A stretch of DNA of 61,324 bases, the filler included, from Hausera hauseri (Eukaryota), in assembly GCA_046269625.1 (NCBI GenBank). It is 11 parts of 11 records of this genome, joined end to end, with 100 filler letters (N's around TTAATTAATTAA, not from the genome) between each part and the next. Parts side by side here need not be neighbours in the genome. Positions count along the whole stretch, not along the records: positions 31,324 to 38,613 come from JBJURY010024230.1; positions 38,714 to 43,089 come from JBJURY010610554.1; positions 43,190 to 47,542 come from JBJURY010621220.1; positions 47,643 to 56,020 come from JBJURY010666553.1; 7 more parts are not named here. One strand, 5' to 3'. Positions 37,341-47,849 of this stretch are shown here, piece after piece. The notes below the pieces were generated by a model, which worked only from the letters and a program-made list of their open reading frames with translations, was not told the DNA's origin and ran no database searches. The position numbers and the translations under genes are program-made. Within the stretch, counting starts at the first letter, position 1. The number at the start of each line of letters is the position of its first letter.

Positions 37341-37548
37341 CCGATGGGACGACGCGGATCGAACCATAAGTCGCCCATAGTTGTCGACGATGGTGCTGGT
37401 TTTGCTTGCATTACAACAATTTGAACGAAACGTAAATGAAAGATTCAATAAACTGGGGCAAAATGATGAAAAACATGCACCCATATCGCCGAACCACCAT
37501 ATACTTACCGTCATTGTTTATACTATGATGCAGAACCAATGAGTCCAT

Positions 37549-37850
37549 TCAGTAATGACGTGACAATCGGTAGAATTGCACCACGGAATCCGCCATCTTG
37601 CTGGTACATGACTCTCGTTTCAGTGGTTTAATACGAGCGTTGGCAAGGCCAATGAGTCGTTTTTGATACTTTAGTAAATTCCGCTTTCCACTGCCAATGT
37701 CAACGTGACCCACAACGATATTGCACAAAATTTCCATAAAATCGTCTACTGCAAACTGCAGGAACGATCGTAGCATGTTTCACTTGTCTCGTAGGTGCCT
37801 TGAGCAAAGAAATAAAGTACGGCTAATTACGTTTGAATCTCATTTTTTGG
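37549..37850 (-). pseudogene. Conserved small Polinton ORF between ATPase and integrase
   Basis: EILCNIVVGHVDI...LLKYQKRLIGLA resembles the E...N.L.GN......L..YK..LR.LA motif of Polinton small conserved proteins. Confidence 0.55.
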
Positions 37851-38069
37851 GACGTATTGATGCTGATGAGACGTAGTTGTTTATAGCCGTTGCCACTTTG
37901 ACGATAATTTGCGTCTAGCTGCTGCTTTTGTTATTCAAAACACAGAATTTATTAATCGCTTGACGATAGCGGTTTGTTTTGATACACGTTTCTTGCCGGA
38001 CACCCGCTTAGCATGTTTACGTTTAACAATCGCTTTTTGGAAATGCTTCATTTTATCTGTATCATTTCG

Positions 38070-38613
38070 TCAATTTTTGAATTTATTTATAGACACATAC
38101 ACCTTTCTGATTGAAAATGTCTATTTGTACACGCACGTCATCGGGACACTGTTGTGTAAAGTCGATGAACATGTATCCGTGTGGCTCGGTTGTAGCATCA
38201 TGATATGCATCTATCAAGTAGGCTCGGTTGTGAGGAAATATTTGTCTTGCAACATAATCAATGATAGTCTGATCACGGTGATTTTTGTACAACACCACAT
38301 AGTGTACGTTTAGATTTCTTGTTCAATGCTGTCCCCCCTGATGGAACATGTTTTGCGTAATAAAAATAACCGTTATGCCACGGTGTCGTGCAATCGTCGT
38401 GAACAGGTTGTTGAAGTCCGATTGTTTTGCGGCTTCCTGAAATAAATCGTCAGTGACAATAATGTCACCGTTGCGTAACCTATCTGACCAGTTCTCATCA
38501 AACCCATCAATTACCGTTATGGATTTCAGTTTACAAAATTCCCGATGTGTCAAACCGGACTCACCATCATCACCAACACCCTGATGCCAGTATATATGAT
38601 TATAACGCGGTGA
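38070..38613 (-). pseudogene. A32/FtsK-like packaging ATPase (5' truncated)
   Basis: IIVTDDL (Walker B), LFTTIARHRGITVIFITQNMF, YMVLYKNHRD, ARQIFP, DAYHDAT..PHGYMFID. Confidence 0.92.
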
Positions 38614-38713
38614 NNNNNNNNNNNNNNNNNNNNNNNNNNNNNNNNNNNNNNNNNNNNTTAATTAATTAANNNNNNNNNNNNNNNNNNNNNNNNNNNNNNN
38701 NNNNNNNNNNNNN
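38614..38713. other. Artificial contig spacer
   Basis: N44-TTAATTAATTAA-N44. Confidence 0.99.
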
Positions 38714-41129
38714 AAGATCAAAAGTGATTGGGACGAATTCCTAGAAGAAACACAATTCCTGATTAATGCGACTCCACATCCAGCAACAGAGTTCACACCG
38801 TTGTTTATGATGTATGGATGAAAGGCAATATTACCTACCGATCTAGGCATGACATCGTATGAAAAGAACCTTGAAGATTTAGAACAAAACTTTGCGGAAG
38901 TCTTACAGACAAGATTGCAGAAATATTGGAAAGTTCCGAAAACATTATCACTTGAATACAAGGAACAATTTAAACAACAATACGATAAAAAGACTAAGCC
39001 TCATAATCTGGAAAAGAGACACTGGGTTTATATACATTACCCTGTAGCGAAGAAAAGTACATCCTTGAAATTAAAACGTACCGGAAGAGGACCATACGAA
39101 ATAGTCCGTACAACGCCAACTACGGTCTATATTAACAAGAATGGTAAAGAAGAAGTCGTATCGATTTAAATAGTAGTTAAAACGGATATAAGGCCAGCTA
39201 AACATTACAATCTAAAACCATGAGAAAATAAAACCTCATCAATTATCACCAGACCGATATAATACGTTCAGATAATTCTAGCACTATCGCTAATCGCCTA
39301 TTTGTATTTTAAAAACGCAAACTCAAGGGTCGCACGACGAATTTACCTCAAAGAATGTATACGGAACGCGGAAGAATGATGTTAATAAAATAGAAAAGAA
39401 ACCAACATTAGAAGAAATCCAAAGACAGAAAGATATTACGTCATTACAATCAGTCACAATTCAGTATTATTCACCGAACTCCACATGCGTTGGATTTACG
39501 ATACAGAAAATACATCACGATTCCGGAAGATTTCAAATTGCCCTAGATTATATAATGAGAAAAGAAACAAGGAATTGTGATTTTGAGCCTGGAGAGCATA
39601 CGCAATGTTACAATACGGATTTCGGACATACTTATAACCTTACCTACCTACTGTATTCATCGCAATTTTCTAAAATCAACGAAATAAAACTACAATATCA
39701 ATTAGTTATTCCTGCTTGGAACATGCATCATGGGATAAAACCCAACGAAATGCTTCAGTCCGTCGATCCAGTAAAACGGATGCTGGAAAAAAATATTGCC
39801 AGTATTTCAGAGAATCCAAAGGACAAGTGTTCAAATAAAAACAAAAGGACGACTAATTAACAGTCGAGTAATCTCAGTCCGGTTCGTAAAAGAAAACATA
39901 CAAGCTCATAACCAACAGTACTGCCACATCGACGTCGAACAACCGACAATATGTTGCAAGCTACGTCAGAAATATAAATATAGAATTCAGTTAGACTTAT
40001 ATGAAGTCAGACCAAACCAGTCGAGTATTTATTAAGGAAGCTACCGACTCAAAAATCCAATTAAGTCAAATTTATTTAATACGACAACGAATACGAAAAT
40101 AAAGTCTACTACTCCGGTATTCATCAAAGCTACTCCAACAAATAAACCATCTTACAAAGATTCAAAAATAATTCCTGTAAAATATCAGGATTAACAACGC
40201 AAAATAATATTCATTGTGGAGGAGACACTCAGATACGACGTAGAAATAAGCTTCCGAACATTATACGATAATCAGAAAGTAACACTGCCAAAAGGCAGTT
40301 ACCGAATCTAATGTATTGAGTTGAAACTCAAAACAGATTATATAATACAAATGGGTGCAGAAAATAAACAAGGTAGAGTGTTTACAATACGAACCTTGAA
40401 CGAGATTGTCGTAATAAAACCAATAACTGATGAGAGAACAGATGATGAGACTAAGACTACCGTCAAAATGGAAAATTGACCTAAATGGACATCGTTGTCA
40501 TTAATATCAATTATTGGAACATTAATATTCGCTCTCATAATGATAATTGCGTTTTGTCGGTTGATAACCAAAAACTGCTATAATAAACTCCCTAAAATCT
40601 ATGAGAGAGAGTTAAGGGTGATGGTACCACAGGACAGAATTAATGATGGAATAACCGACAACTACAGATTGGGTTATTCCACCATCAAACAAAGAATTGG
40701 TTTAAGTTTCGAACAATACTTTGTTTAGGGATTGACTCTTATTTTGTACTTTCTATCAGAATGGTAAGTACGAGCAGCGGACCTAGAATCGACGAATTCT
40801 TTCACAAATACGGAACAGTTCTTATCCCCAAATCAAAGGGCATATAGCGAAGAATAAACGACGCATTGCGGACAGAAATACATGTCGAATACCGGAAAGT
40901 AAACGAGATACCTAACTATCTGAAAGGTACCACTGAAGACAATCGCACAGTTTTGCTATACGCAGTGCGTGATAATAATGAAACCAAGTCATACGATCTT
41001 AACGACCTAATCCAGAGTAAAACGGCCAGAGTAGAAGATATATTCATCCATCTAGCCGATTGGAAAATTTACTACAGAATAAAGAACTAACAATAAAACG
41101 GTAACGAAAAGCGCCAATACCGATTTAGC

Positions 41130-42233
41130 ATGTTTAGAATAAGTGGACGAGGTTTAAAAACTATTGACTATGGATTAGAATTTCGAGTAGCAGCCTTACC
41201 TGTAAAATTGATGTTCGAAGTGACTTATAAAGCGAGCTGCAACTTAAGCTTGCCAGTTCTACAGTTCGAACAAACCCAAACAGAGGTCAAAAAGGATGAA
41301 CATCTGCAATCATATAAGTTAGTCCAAGACGGTCGTAACGTAAGGATCCTGGCTAAGAACTATGGTAGAGGAGACGATGCATATGGAATACCGATCGAGG
41401 TATCTATTCGAGAAAGAGATGGGACTGAATTATGCTCAACCATTATAAACCCTCGGAAACATGTTCAGGAGTCACATGAGGAAGTGACTGGTCTAAGGAA
41501 AGAGCAACTGATAAATGGAAGAGATATTCTACAGGTCCGTTCGGAGCTAGACCATTGTCTTTACGGATGCATGATAACAGGATACAACGTCAAAAAAGAA
41601 ATGGAGCTGTTAGGGATATTCGAAGCAAATATTGCCGGACTTAGGGAAATAGCTACCCATCCAGTAGTCCCAAAGCGAATGGAGAGAACCGTGCAAGGAA
41701 GAACTCGACCAACCGCGCCAGAAGCTTTCTTTAAAATATCCATTGAAGCGATGAGCGAAAACCCAAGTAAAATTCCGAGACTTCTGACAGCTAGCCAACG
41801 TTCCCAATATTTACAGGAAATTTATAAAACGTTAAAATGGGAACAGGAATGGAACCCTAAAAACCCTATATACAATCTGCGGAGCTCCATAAACCCTGAA
41901 CGAATATATCGTAAATATAGAAGAAACATAAAACCCTATTTTCCGATCCGAACCGTTCAACCAGCAGAGAAGCATAGTCTCAAAACCACAGTACCAAAAT
42001 CAAAACCAGAAAGCAAGACGGAATTACGGAAGATTAAAGAGAAAGAAAAGACACTGCAAGGAACATCAAAGTCTCCAGAAGAACGAAGAGAAGAAACAAG
42101 GCCAGAAACAATAATTAAAAAGATGAAATTAGAAGAGAAACCTCAACCCAGGAAAACATTATTTATCTACAACTATCTATTCAAAAAGCTTAAGACAGAT
42201 GAAGGACAAAAGGCAGAGAACCAACAAAATTAA
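41130..42233 (+). CDS. Open segment of the accessory polyprotein: DEDDh-fold domain plus Lys/Glu-rich linker
   Basis: 367-aa ORF homologous to 6794-8536. The Exo I position reads ILAKNYG. Confidence 0.75.
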   Translation: MFRISGRGLKTIDYGLEFRVAALPVKLMFEVTYKASCNLSLPVLQFEQTQTEVKKDEHLQSYKLVQDGRNVRILAKNYGRGDDAYGIPIEVSIRERDGTELCSTIINPRKHVQESHEEVTGLRKEQLINGRDILQVRSELDHCLYGCMITGYNVKKEMELLGIFEANIAGLREIATHPVVPKRMERTVQGRTRPTAPEAFFKISIEAMSENPSKIPRLLTASQRSQYLQEIYKTLKWEQEWNPKNPIYNLRSSINPERIYRKYRRNIKPYFPIRTVQPAEKHSLKTTVPKSKPESKTELRKIKEKEKTLQGTSKSPEERREETRPETIIKKMKLEEKPQPRKTLFIYNYLFKKLKTDEGQKAENQQN

Positions 42234-42799
42234 CCAAGAACCTCTCAGGACATAGAACTGTTAAAGAAGGGAATTAGGAGTCCCATTATAACGGAAATTA
42301 ACGCCCTAATAGGAAAAAGAAATAAAGAGGACGCGCACTTTAAAACAACCCAATATTTTCCCAGAATGTTGGTAACTACCGAATACTACATCAAAAAGAT
42401 AATAAAGGAAGCTATGTTCTTCATTAAACTTGCCCCAGCAAGAGAGGTATTTGAAAACACTTATATATGGGAAAATACTAAACTGGGAACCTACCTTACA
42501 TCAATTTTTCGATCAAAAAGGACAGGGAAGATAATAGTTCCCGTGGACAAGCAAATATGAATATCACTGAAGAAGCAATATCAGAAATATAAAATAGAAG
42601 GGAGGATTCCTAATCTAGATAAGGACCTTATAGCAGATTAGACCCAGATTCAAGTAGATTGTGATCCGCGTAAAAGTTCAATAAACCCTAAGCGGAAGGT
42701 AATTCACGGGAACCTATACTAAGATACAGACGGCCTTGTTTTTGAACCCATTGAATTGATCATTCAAGTCGTTTAGATAAAGAAGATTGGGACAAAGAA

Positions 42800-42945
42800 G
42801 ATAGTGAATGCCCCGTATGTGATGCAAATTTAAGGCAAGGATATGTGATATTAGATAACAATAACTGTTGTCATAAATATTGTCGAGACTGTCTAGAGAA
42901 ATGGACACTCGACACCGGAAAAACGACGTGCCCAGTATGCCGAGC
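42800..42945 (+). pseudogene. C3HC4 RING domain, copy B
   Basis: ECPVCDANLRQGYVILDNNNCCHKYCRDCLEKWTLDTGKTTCPVCR. Confidence 0.9.
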
Positions 42946-43089
42946 TGAGGCCACAGAATTAAAGTATTACTCTCATGGAAGTTATACACGAGTTGTTAGA
43001 ATTAAACATTACCACAGCTATAATTTGGAAACGAACCCAGTAGCCAGCCGAGACCCAAGGTGTTCACCAACCGATCTGCCCGAAAGAAT

Positions 43090-43189
43090 NNNNNNNNNNN
43101 NNNNNNNNNNNNNNNNNNNNNNNNNNNNNNNNNTTAATTAATTAANNNNNNNNNNNNNNNNNNNNNNNNNNNNNNNNNNNNNNNNNNNN
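43090..43189. other. Artificial contig spacer
   Basis: N44-TTAATTAATTAA-N44. Confidence 0.99.
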
Positions 43190-43319
43190 TGTGAAGCTGA
43201 ACAATACACAGTATAGCACGTGCAATATCTTCTCCAGAAATATCAGTCAAATGAGGCAACGAGGCAGAGACATGGTCAATCTCAAGCTCTCTACAATAGA
43301 AGTTTTAGGATGACAGGGA

Positions 43320-43650
43320 AAGGATAAGGATAAGAATAAGTCCTTATTTAACCAGGGTTGAGAAATAGGCTGTATTGCCTGTTTACATTTCTGCCCTGGG
43401 GTAGGTTTTTCCTATAATTTTTCCCGTACAGCGGCCGTTAGGCCCACTCTTTTTCAATTTTCAACTGCCAGGTGATTTTTAACGTGCACGACAATGTACA
43501 CGAACGTCCGATCTCACTACCCAGAGATCAGGGGAATTTATTACTAGATGATCCAGGTGAAAAAAATCCCAAGTGCTTCCACCGGGACTCGAACCCCGCA
43601 CCTCTATCAATCGATGCGGACGTCCTACTTCGAGACCACTGAGCCCTCCC
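43320..43650 (-). mobile_element. tRNA-derived SINE (possible Nin/Deu-like core)
   Basis: The - strand has an A-box-like gggctcagtggt, a B-box ggttcgagtccc, an internal gtgcacgttaaa block and a short cttat(c/t) repeat tail. Confidence 0.6.
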
Positions 43651-44846
43651 CCACCCCCTCGTTATATAGGGAGGTAGGGCAGTACCCAAACTGGTGTTTG
43701 AGATGCTTTTCAACGCCATAAAACGCAAAGGCGGGACCCTTAAATGGAAGCTGAAATAACCTGCAGCAAACTATTGCACACGTCAAATGAAGGTACGCGC
43801 TATTTTTAAATGTATTTACGTTACGCTTCTGTGACAATTTGTAGGCAAGCGCGCACGCTTAGAGGAGACATTGCCTGTGACTAGACATAGTATTCTGGAA
43901 CGCCACATTGCGGAATTATAGCAAACAACCAACTAACAAAATTGGGGAAGAAACTGTACTCGTCACTAGTTCCCAGCAGTAAATGATTTACTGTTCACAC
44001 TTGAAGCAGTTGAATACAGTCGAACAAGGGCCCTCGATGTGAAGCCGAGCTATGATAACTGTATAAATTAAATTCCAAACCATTTCCTTTTCTCTTGCAC
44101 TCGGCGACATGCGCGTCTTTTAAATGGGGATCGGACGGCAACCGAATTTATGTCCCTATCAAATAAGCGAATAACTGACACGGCGGAAACTTAATGAAGT
44201 GGGGTACAGCGCGGCCGAACATTTCATCCATTCTTCAGATTCGGCTCAGTCGCTTCTCAGTTTTAACAGGCGCCATGTTGGAGGCGTAATGAACCGAAAC
44301 GAATTGCTGCTTTGTTCGGCGACCTCGCAATCCCCGGATGAGACGGTCACTAAAAAAGCAGAAACTCCGTGCTTTGATACACCGAAACAAATCATGCGGG
44401 GCTCAGTACTCGAGATTCTGTCGCATTAATAGGCGCAGGGAGGAATGAAAATTGAAATAAGTGGCAGACAAAAGAGTTATTTTGCCTCATATTTTTTTTT
44501 CAAGTCTCTTCACATGAAGCGGCCGATCCAGCTCCAAGCATGTGCTTCAGAAGTCGGATTTTCTAGCACCGAGAATAATCGGGTTTTGGCCGCGGCTTAG
44601 TGGGGTGTCGCAGGAGGGGATAATATTGAACGAATGGCGCGATTTAGTCCGTCGTGCCAGGCCCGTGGTGTGGATATGTCGACCCCTCCGTCCACAAAGC
44701 ATGGATGCCCGTGTTTGCCCACACGTACCTATGTTTGCTTGCGATTTGTATCAGACATCAAGTCTTCTCATCGTGTGCCTTGGTGGAATGTGATCCTCTT
44801 AGGGTCAACAGGAGGGCGTAAAGTCTAAATCTGTATTACCTTGTAT

Positions 44847-45062
44847 CGTTTAAGGTTATATTGAAAAGGTACTACGATCTAATCGTTACATTCAAGCAAA
44901 TCAATTAAAATTTTTGTTAAATGTACAGTGTTTTGTAGCATTTAATTTTCATACAACATTTTAACGTAATTGTCAGTGTTTGAATGAAGTTTATGTTAAG
45001 TTTTCAGTTAGTGTTACTACACCATTTCTTTTTTCAGTTTAATTCACCTAAATACCTTAACA
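44847..45062 (-). repeat. Candidate 3' LTR (~216 bp)
   Basis: Begins TGTTAAGGT three bases after a G10 tract on the - strand and ends in the imperfect inverted terminus ACCTTAAACG. Confidence 0.62.
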
Positions 45063-45065
45063 TTT

Positions 45066-45075
45066 CCCCCCCCCC
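45066..45075 (-). promoter_or_regulatory. Polypurine tract (PPT)
   Basis: GGGGGGGGGG-AAA-TGT on the - strand, preceded by an AT-rich 3' UTR (45080-45320). Confidence 0.7.
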
Positions 45076-45329
45076 ATTTTGAAGAAAATTCTCTTTACAT
45101 AAAGGAAAATTTTATTTAAATAGATGTTTACTTGAAGTCGATTGACTCTCAGAAAAAATGAGGAATACACAAAATTTATATGAATAAAGAATGAAAGAAA
45201 GTATATCACAATTTATCATAATATCTGAAATGTTAAACTTAATAATCATAAAATATTACAGTAAAAAGTAGAGATAAAATACAATAATACAAGAAAGTGA
45301 AAGAAAGTAATGTCACGGAATATACACAG

Positions 45330-47393
45330 TCACAATTGGATTATTAAGTTTTTGTTGTTTTCCATCTCCTCGTCAGTCTTAACTATCGTTGGCATTTGGT
45401 ATAAATTTTCCAGAGTGTATTCGTCTCTTTTGGCGAATAATAGCATCTTCATGTTAGCCTTTCCTGAATTTCGTAGTTTGATACATCTTCCTCGTGGGTT
45501 TGGAATTGGTACCACGTCCATTTGTACTGGTATTGGTTGGTTTACCATTATGGGAGTATGTTGAAGTTCCTTTATTTTATCTAAAGAACTTCCGATCATC
45601 GCTAAGTGTAGCGTATTGTACGTGATGTGCTTGTAAATTAATCCTACTACATTTTCAAATAGTTGAGTAGGAATGATTTGATTGCTTAAGAGTCGATTTT
45701 GGCTCTTTTATAAATTTGACATTGATAACGTGGTTGATCTGTCCATAAATTAAGATGGATAGGTTGATAAAAGTGATTTTCTCTTCTTTTTTGGGGTTAT
45801 TCATAATTGCATTGGTTTGCAATTTTAACCTTTTAATTGGGAATTCAGTGCTTTGCTCTGCAATGCTGGTATCTGGTAACTTTTCATATTTGTAATTGCT
45901 ATGATACTTCATAGGTATTGCTTTAAAGCTTCCATAGTCGATGAGATTGTGAAATGGAGGAATTCAACTGTTCCCAATGTTCGTTGGAACAAGAATCGGT
46001 AATTTGTGTGTAGATATTCATTATGACTTGGATTACAGATTCAGCAGTCTTAGGGAAGTCCATTTGTAATCCATACACTCGTGGCAATTGTGAGATTTAA
46101 TTTCAATTTTTCCTCTTCGAATCTTTTCTTTGTATTGGAAATAGAAAGTAAGTCAATGATTCCAAATGAAAAAGACTTTGGAATTCTTAAAGCTTTGAGG
46201 ATCGTGCTTGTGTTAGCACTGGTAACAATATAGCCATACAAATATTTGATCAATTCTGTTCTTATGATTTCCTCATCTTCGGCTTCTTCTATAATAGATA
46301 AGGATAATCCGTGGATATGTTCGTTGGTGTTTGAGATCTTTCTCCTTGGGTTGAGAAACGCATGGTAAATGAGCAATTTGGCTTCATAAGTCACCATCAC
46401 TTCCACTGGTAAGGGGTCTCCATTTGAAGCATACGCGAGAGACCGCCAGATATCGACAATTACAAGCTGTTGACAATTGGTAATTTGAAGTTTCTTCTGG
46501 TGGTCGTTGGTGAAATATAGGTTCTTTCAAACCCAGATTTTCGTTTAGAGTTTGACAAATTTCAACACCTAATACTACTGGGGTTAGTAGTATTCTAAGA
46601 TAAAGTGGTGTTTCAAAAGCAATATGGTTTAGCCTCATTGTAGATTTCGAATGGTTCTTGTAACTTGAGCATTTCACTTAATTTAATATTATAACAGGGT
46701 TTTTCGATCTTCATAATGCGGAAGGATCTCGTTGATGGTTGACGTTTTTAGACTGTTGTCCAGGTATTTACTCTGTAGGAAGAGTACGTCTGATGAATTC
46801 TCAGTGAGTTCGATTAATCGATTGTAGAATTTATTGGAATATAATTTTTTTCAGGCAACGTATATTAGAATGGATTTACTGTATAATTCGTTCCTAGGTT
46901 TATCCATTAATTGATGTTTTTTACTGTCCAACAAATTGTCTTGTAATTGTAATTGCAATTTGTTTTGTTTGTCTTCGGGAAGATCGTCAATACTGATTCC
47001 TCTTCTTCTGATTTCAACTGCAAATTGGATTCGTGGTTGGTTTACCACTGTCATTAACAATTTTTGATTTGTTTGGTTTGCTAAGATTCCTCGACAGGGT
47101 CCTAGTCCTTGAATAGGATTTTGAAATGTTAAAAATGGTGTGTTTGAATTTGGTAAGCACTGATGTGGTGGTATAACCTTTCTTTTAGGGTTATACACCA
47201 CGGTTTCTGTGGACGCGTCGGATTCTGAACCGCTATCAGACATAGCGTCCAAGTCAACATCTGGTACTTCCATGTTTTTCTGAGCTGGATCATTTAGAAA
47301 GTTCATTTTTCTGAAAAGAGAATGATTATTATGGTGGGTCGTATTTAATGGCCCATCATTAGGGTAGGTGGTTACCCTACTATATTTTTTCAT
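45330..47393 (-). pseudogene. Distant homologue of the accessory DEDDh-fold region in a third LTR element
   Basis: NLGLKEPIFHQRP.E..YQL, RYLAVS and PVEV...IYHAFLNPRRKI...IHGL...IRTELIKYLYGYIVTSAN align with copy A NLGLPVIEFEQTP.E..YRL, RIIAIN and PIEI...IYSTIINPRKHV...VTGL...VRSELDHCLYGCMLTGYN. Confidence 0.72.
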
Positions 47394-47542
47394 TGGTTTA
47401 GTTGTGTCGTTAGAACATTGTAAATCTATTGGTTGAGATTTACTCTTATTTTCTGGTATGTGTCAGTAATATTATTCTATGTTGTGTGTGCATTTTTGCA
47501 TATTTGTGCCTTAGATTGAATTTTTTATGTCCCTCAACGTCG

Positions 47543-47642
47543 NNNNNNNNNNNNNNNNNNNNNNNNNNNNNNNNNNNNNNNNNNNNTTAATTAATTAANN
47601 NNNNNNNNNNNNNNNNNNNNNNNNNNNNNNNNNNNNNNNNNN
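47543..47642. other. Artificial contig spacer
   Basis: N44-TTAATTAATTAA-N44. Confidence 0.99.
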
Positions 47643-47849
47643 GAAATATCAATAAAAGAAGTTGTTTCTGCATTGAAGGACAATATTACAGTTCAATACT
47701 AAATAATGTTTGAAAGTTTAAAAAAATACATATTATAATTGTCGTTCTTATCTTTTAAATTGTGATTATTGTTGCAATCAGTTTATATATGGATTTAAAC
47801 AAAATCCCTGAAATAATTCAAAAACAACAATAGTGTCAGAAGTGTACGA

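Larger units (their letters stand above)
32690..38613 (-). mobile_element. Maverick/Polinton (adintovirus-like) endogenous element: ATPase-ORF-INT-penton-penton-core-MCP-PRO, decayed
   Basis: Co-oriented canonical Polinton gene set; see the individual features. Confidence 0.93.
38714..43089 (+). mobile_element. Gypsy-type LTR retrotransposon 3' half, copy B (IN tail, signal peptide, ectodomain, TM, pseudo-DEDDh, RING)
   Basis: Collinear along its whole length with 5997-10590, e.g. YEKNLEDLEQNFAEVLQTR, GRGPYEI, LQSVDP, TM at ~40486-40563, INPRKHVQES, CPVC...CCHKYCRDCLEKWTLD..KTTCPVCR. Confidence 0.9.

Noticed and set aside
1-38613. Joining the pPolB contig and the capsid/integrase contig into one complete Polinton, or reading the window as one giant-virus genome
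   Set aside because: They lie on different contigs separated by artificial spacers, and no NCLDV core genes were recognised.
6033-43089. Alternative genetic code or programmed readthrough explaining the many in-frame stops
   Set aside because: All three stop types occur, at different positions in homologous copies and together with frameshifts, which fits ordinary pseudogenisation.
43570-43650. tRNA gene
   Set aside because: A and B boxes are present but there is no convincing cloverleaf, and it continues into a SINE-like body and tail.
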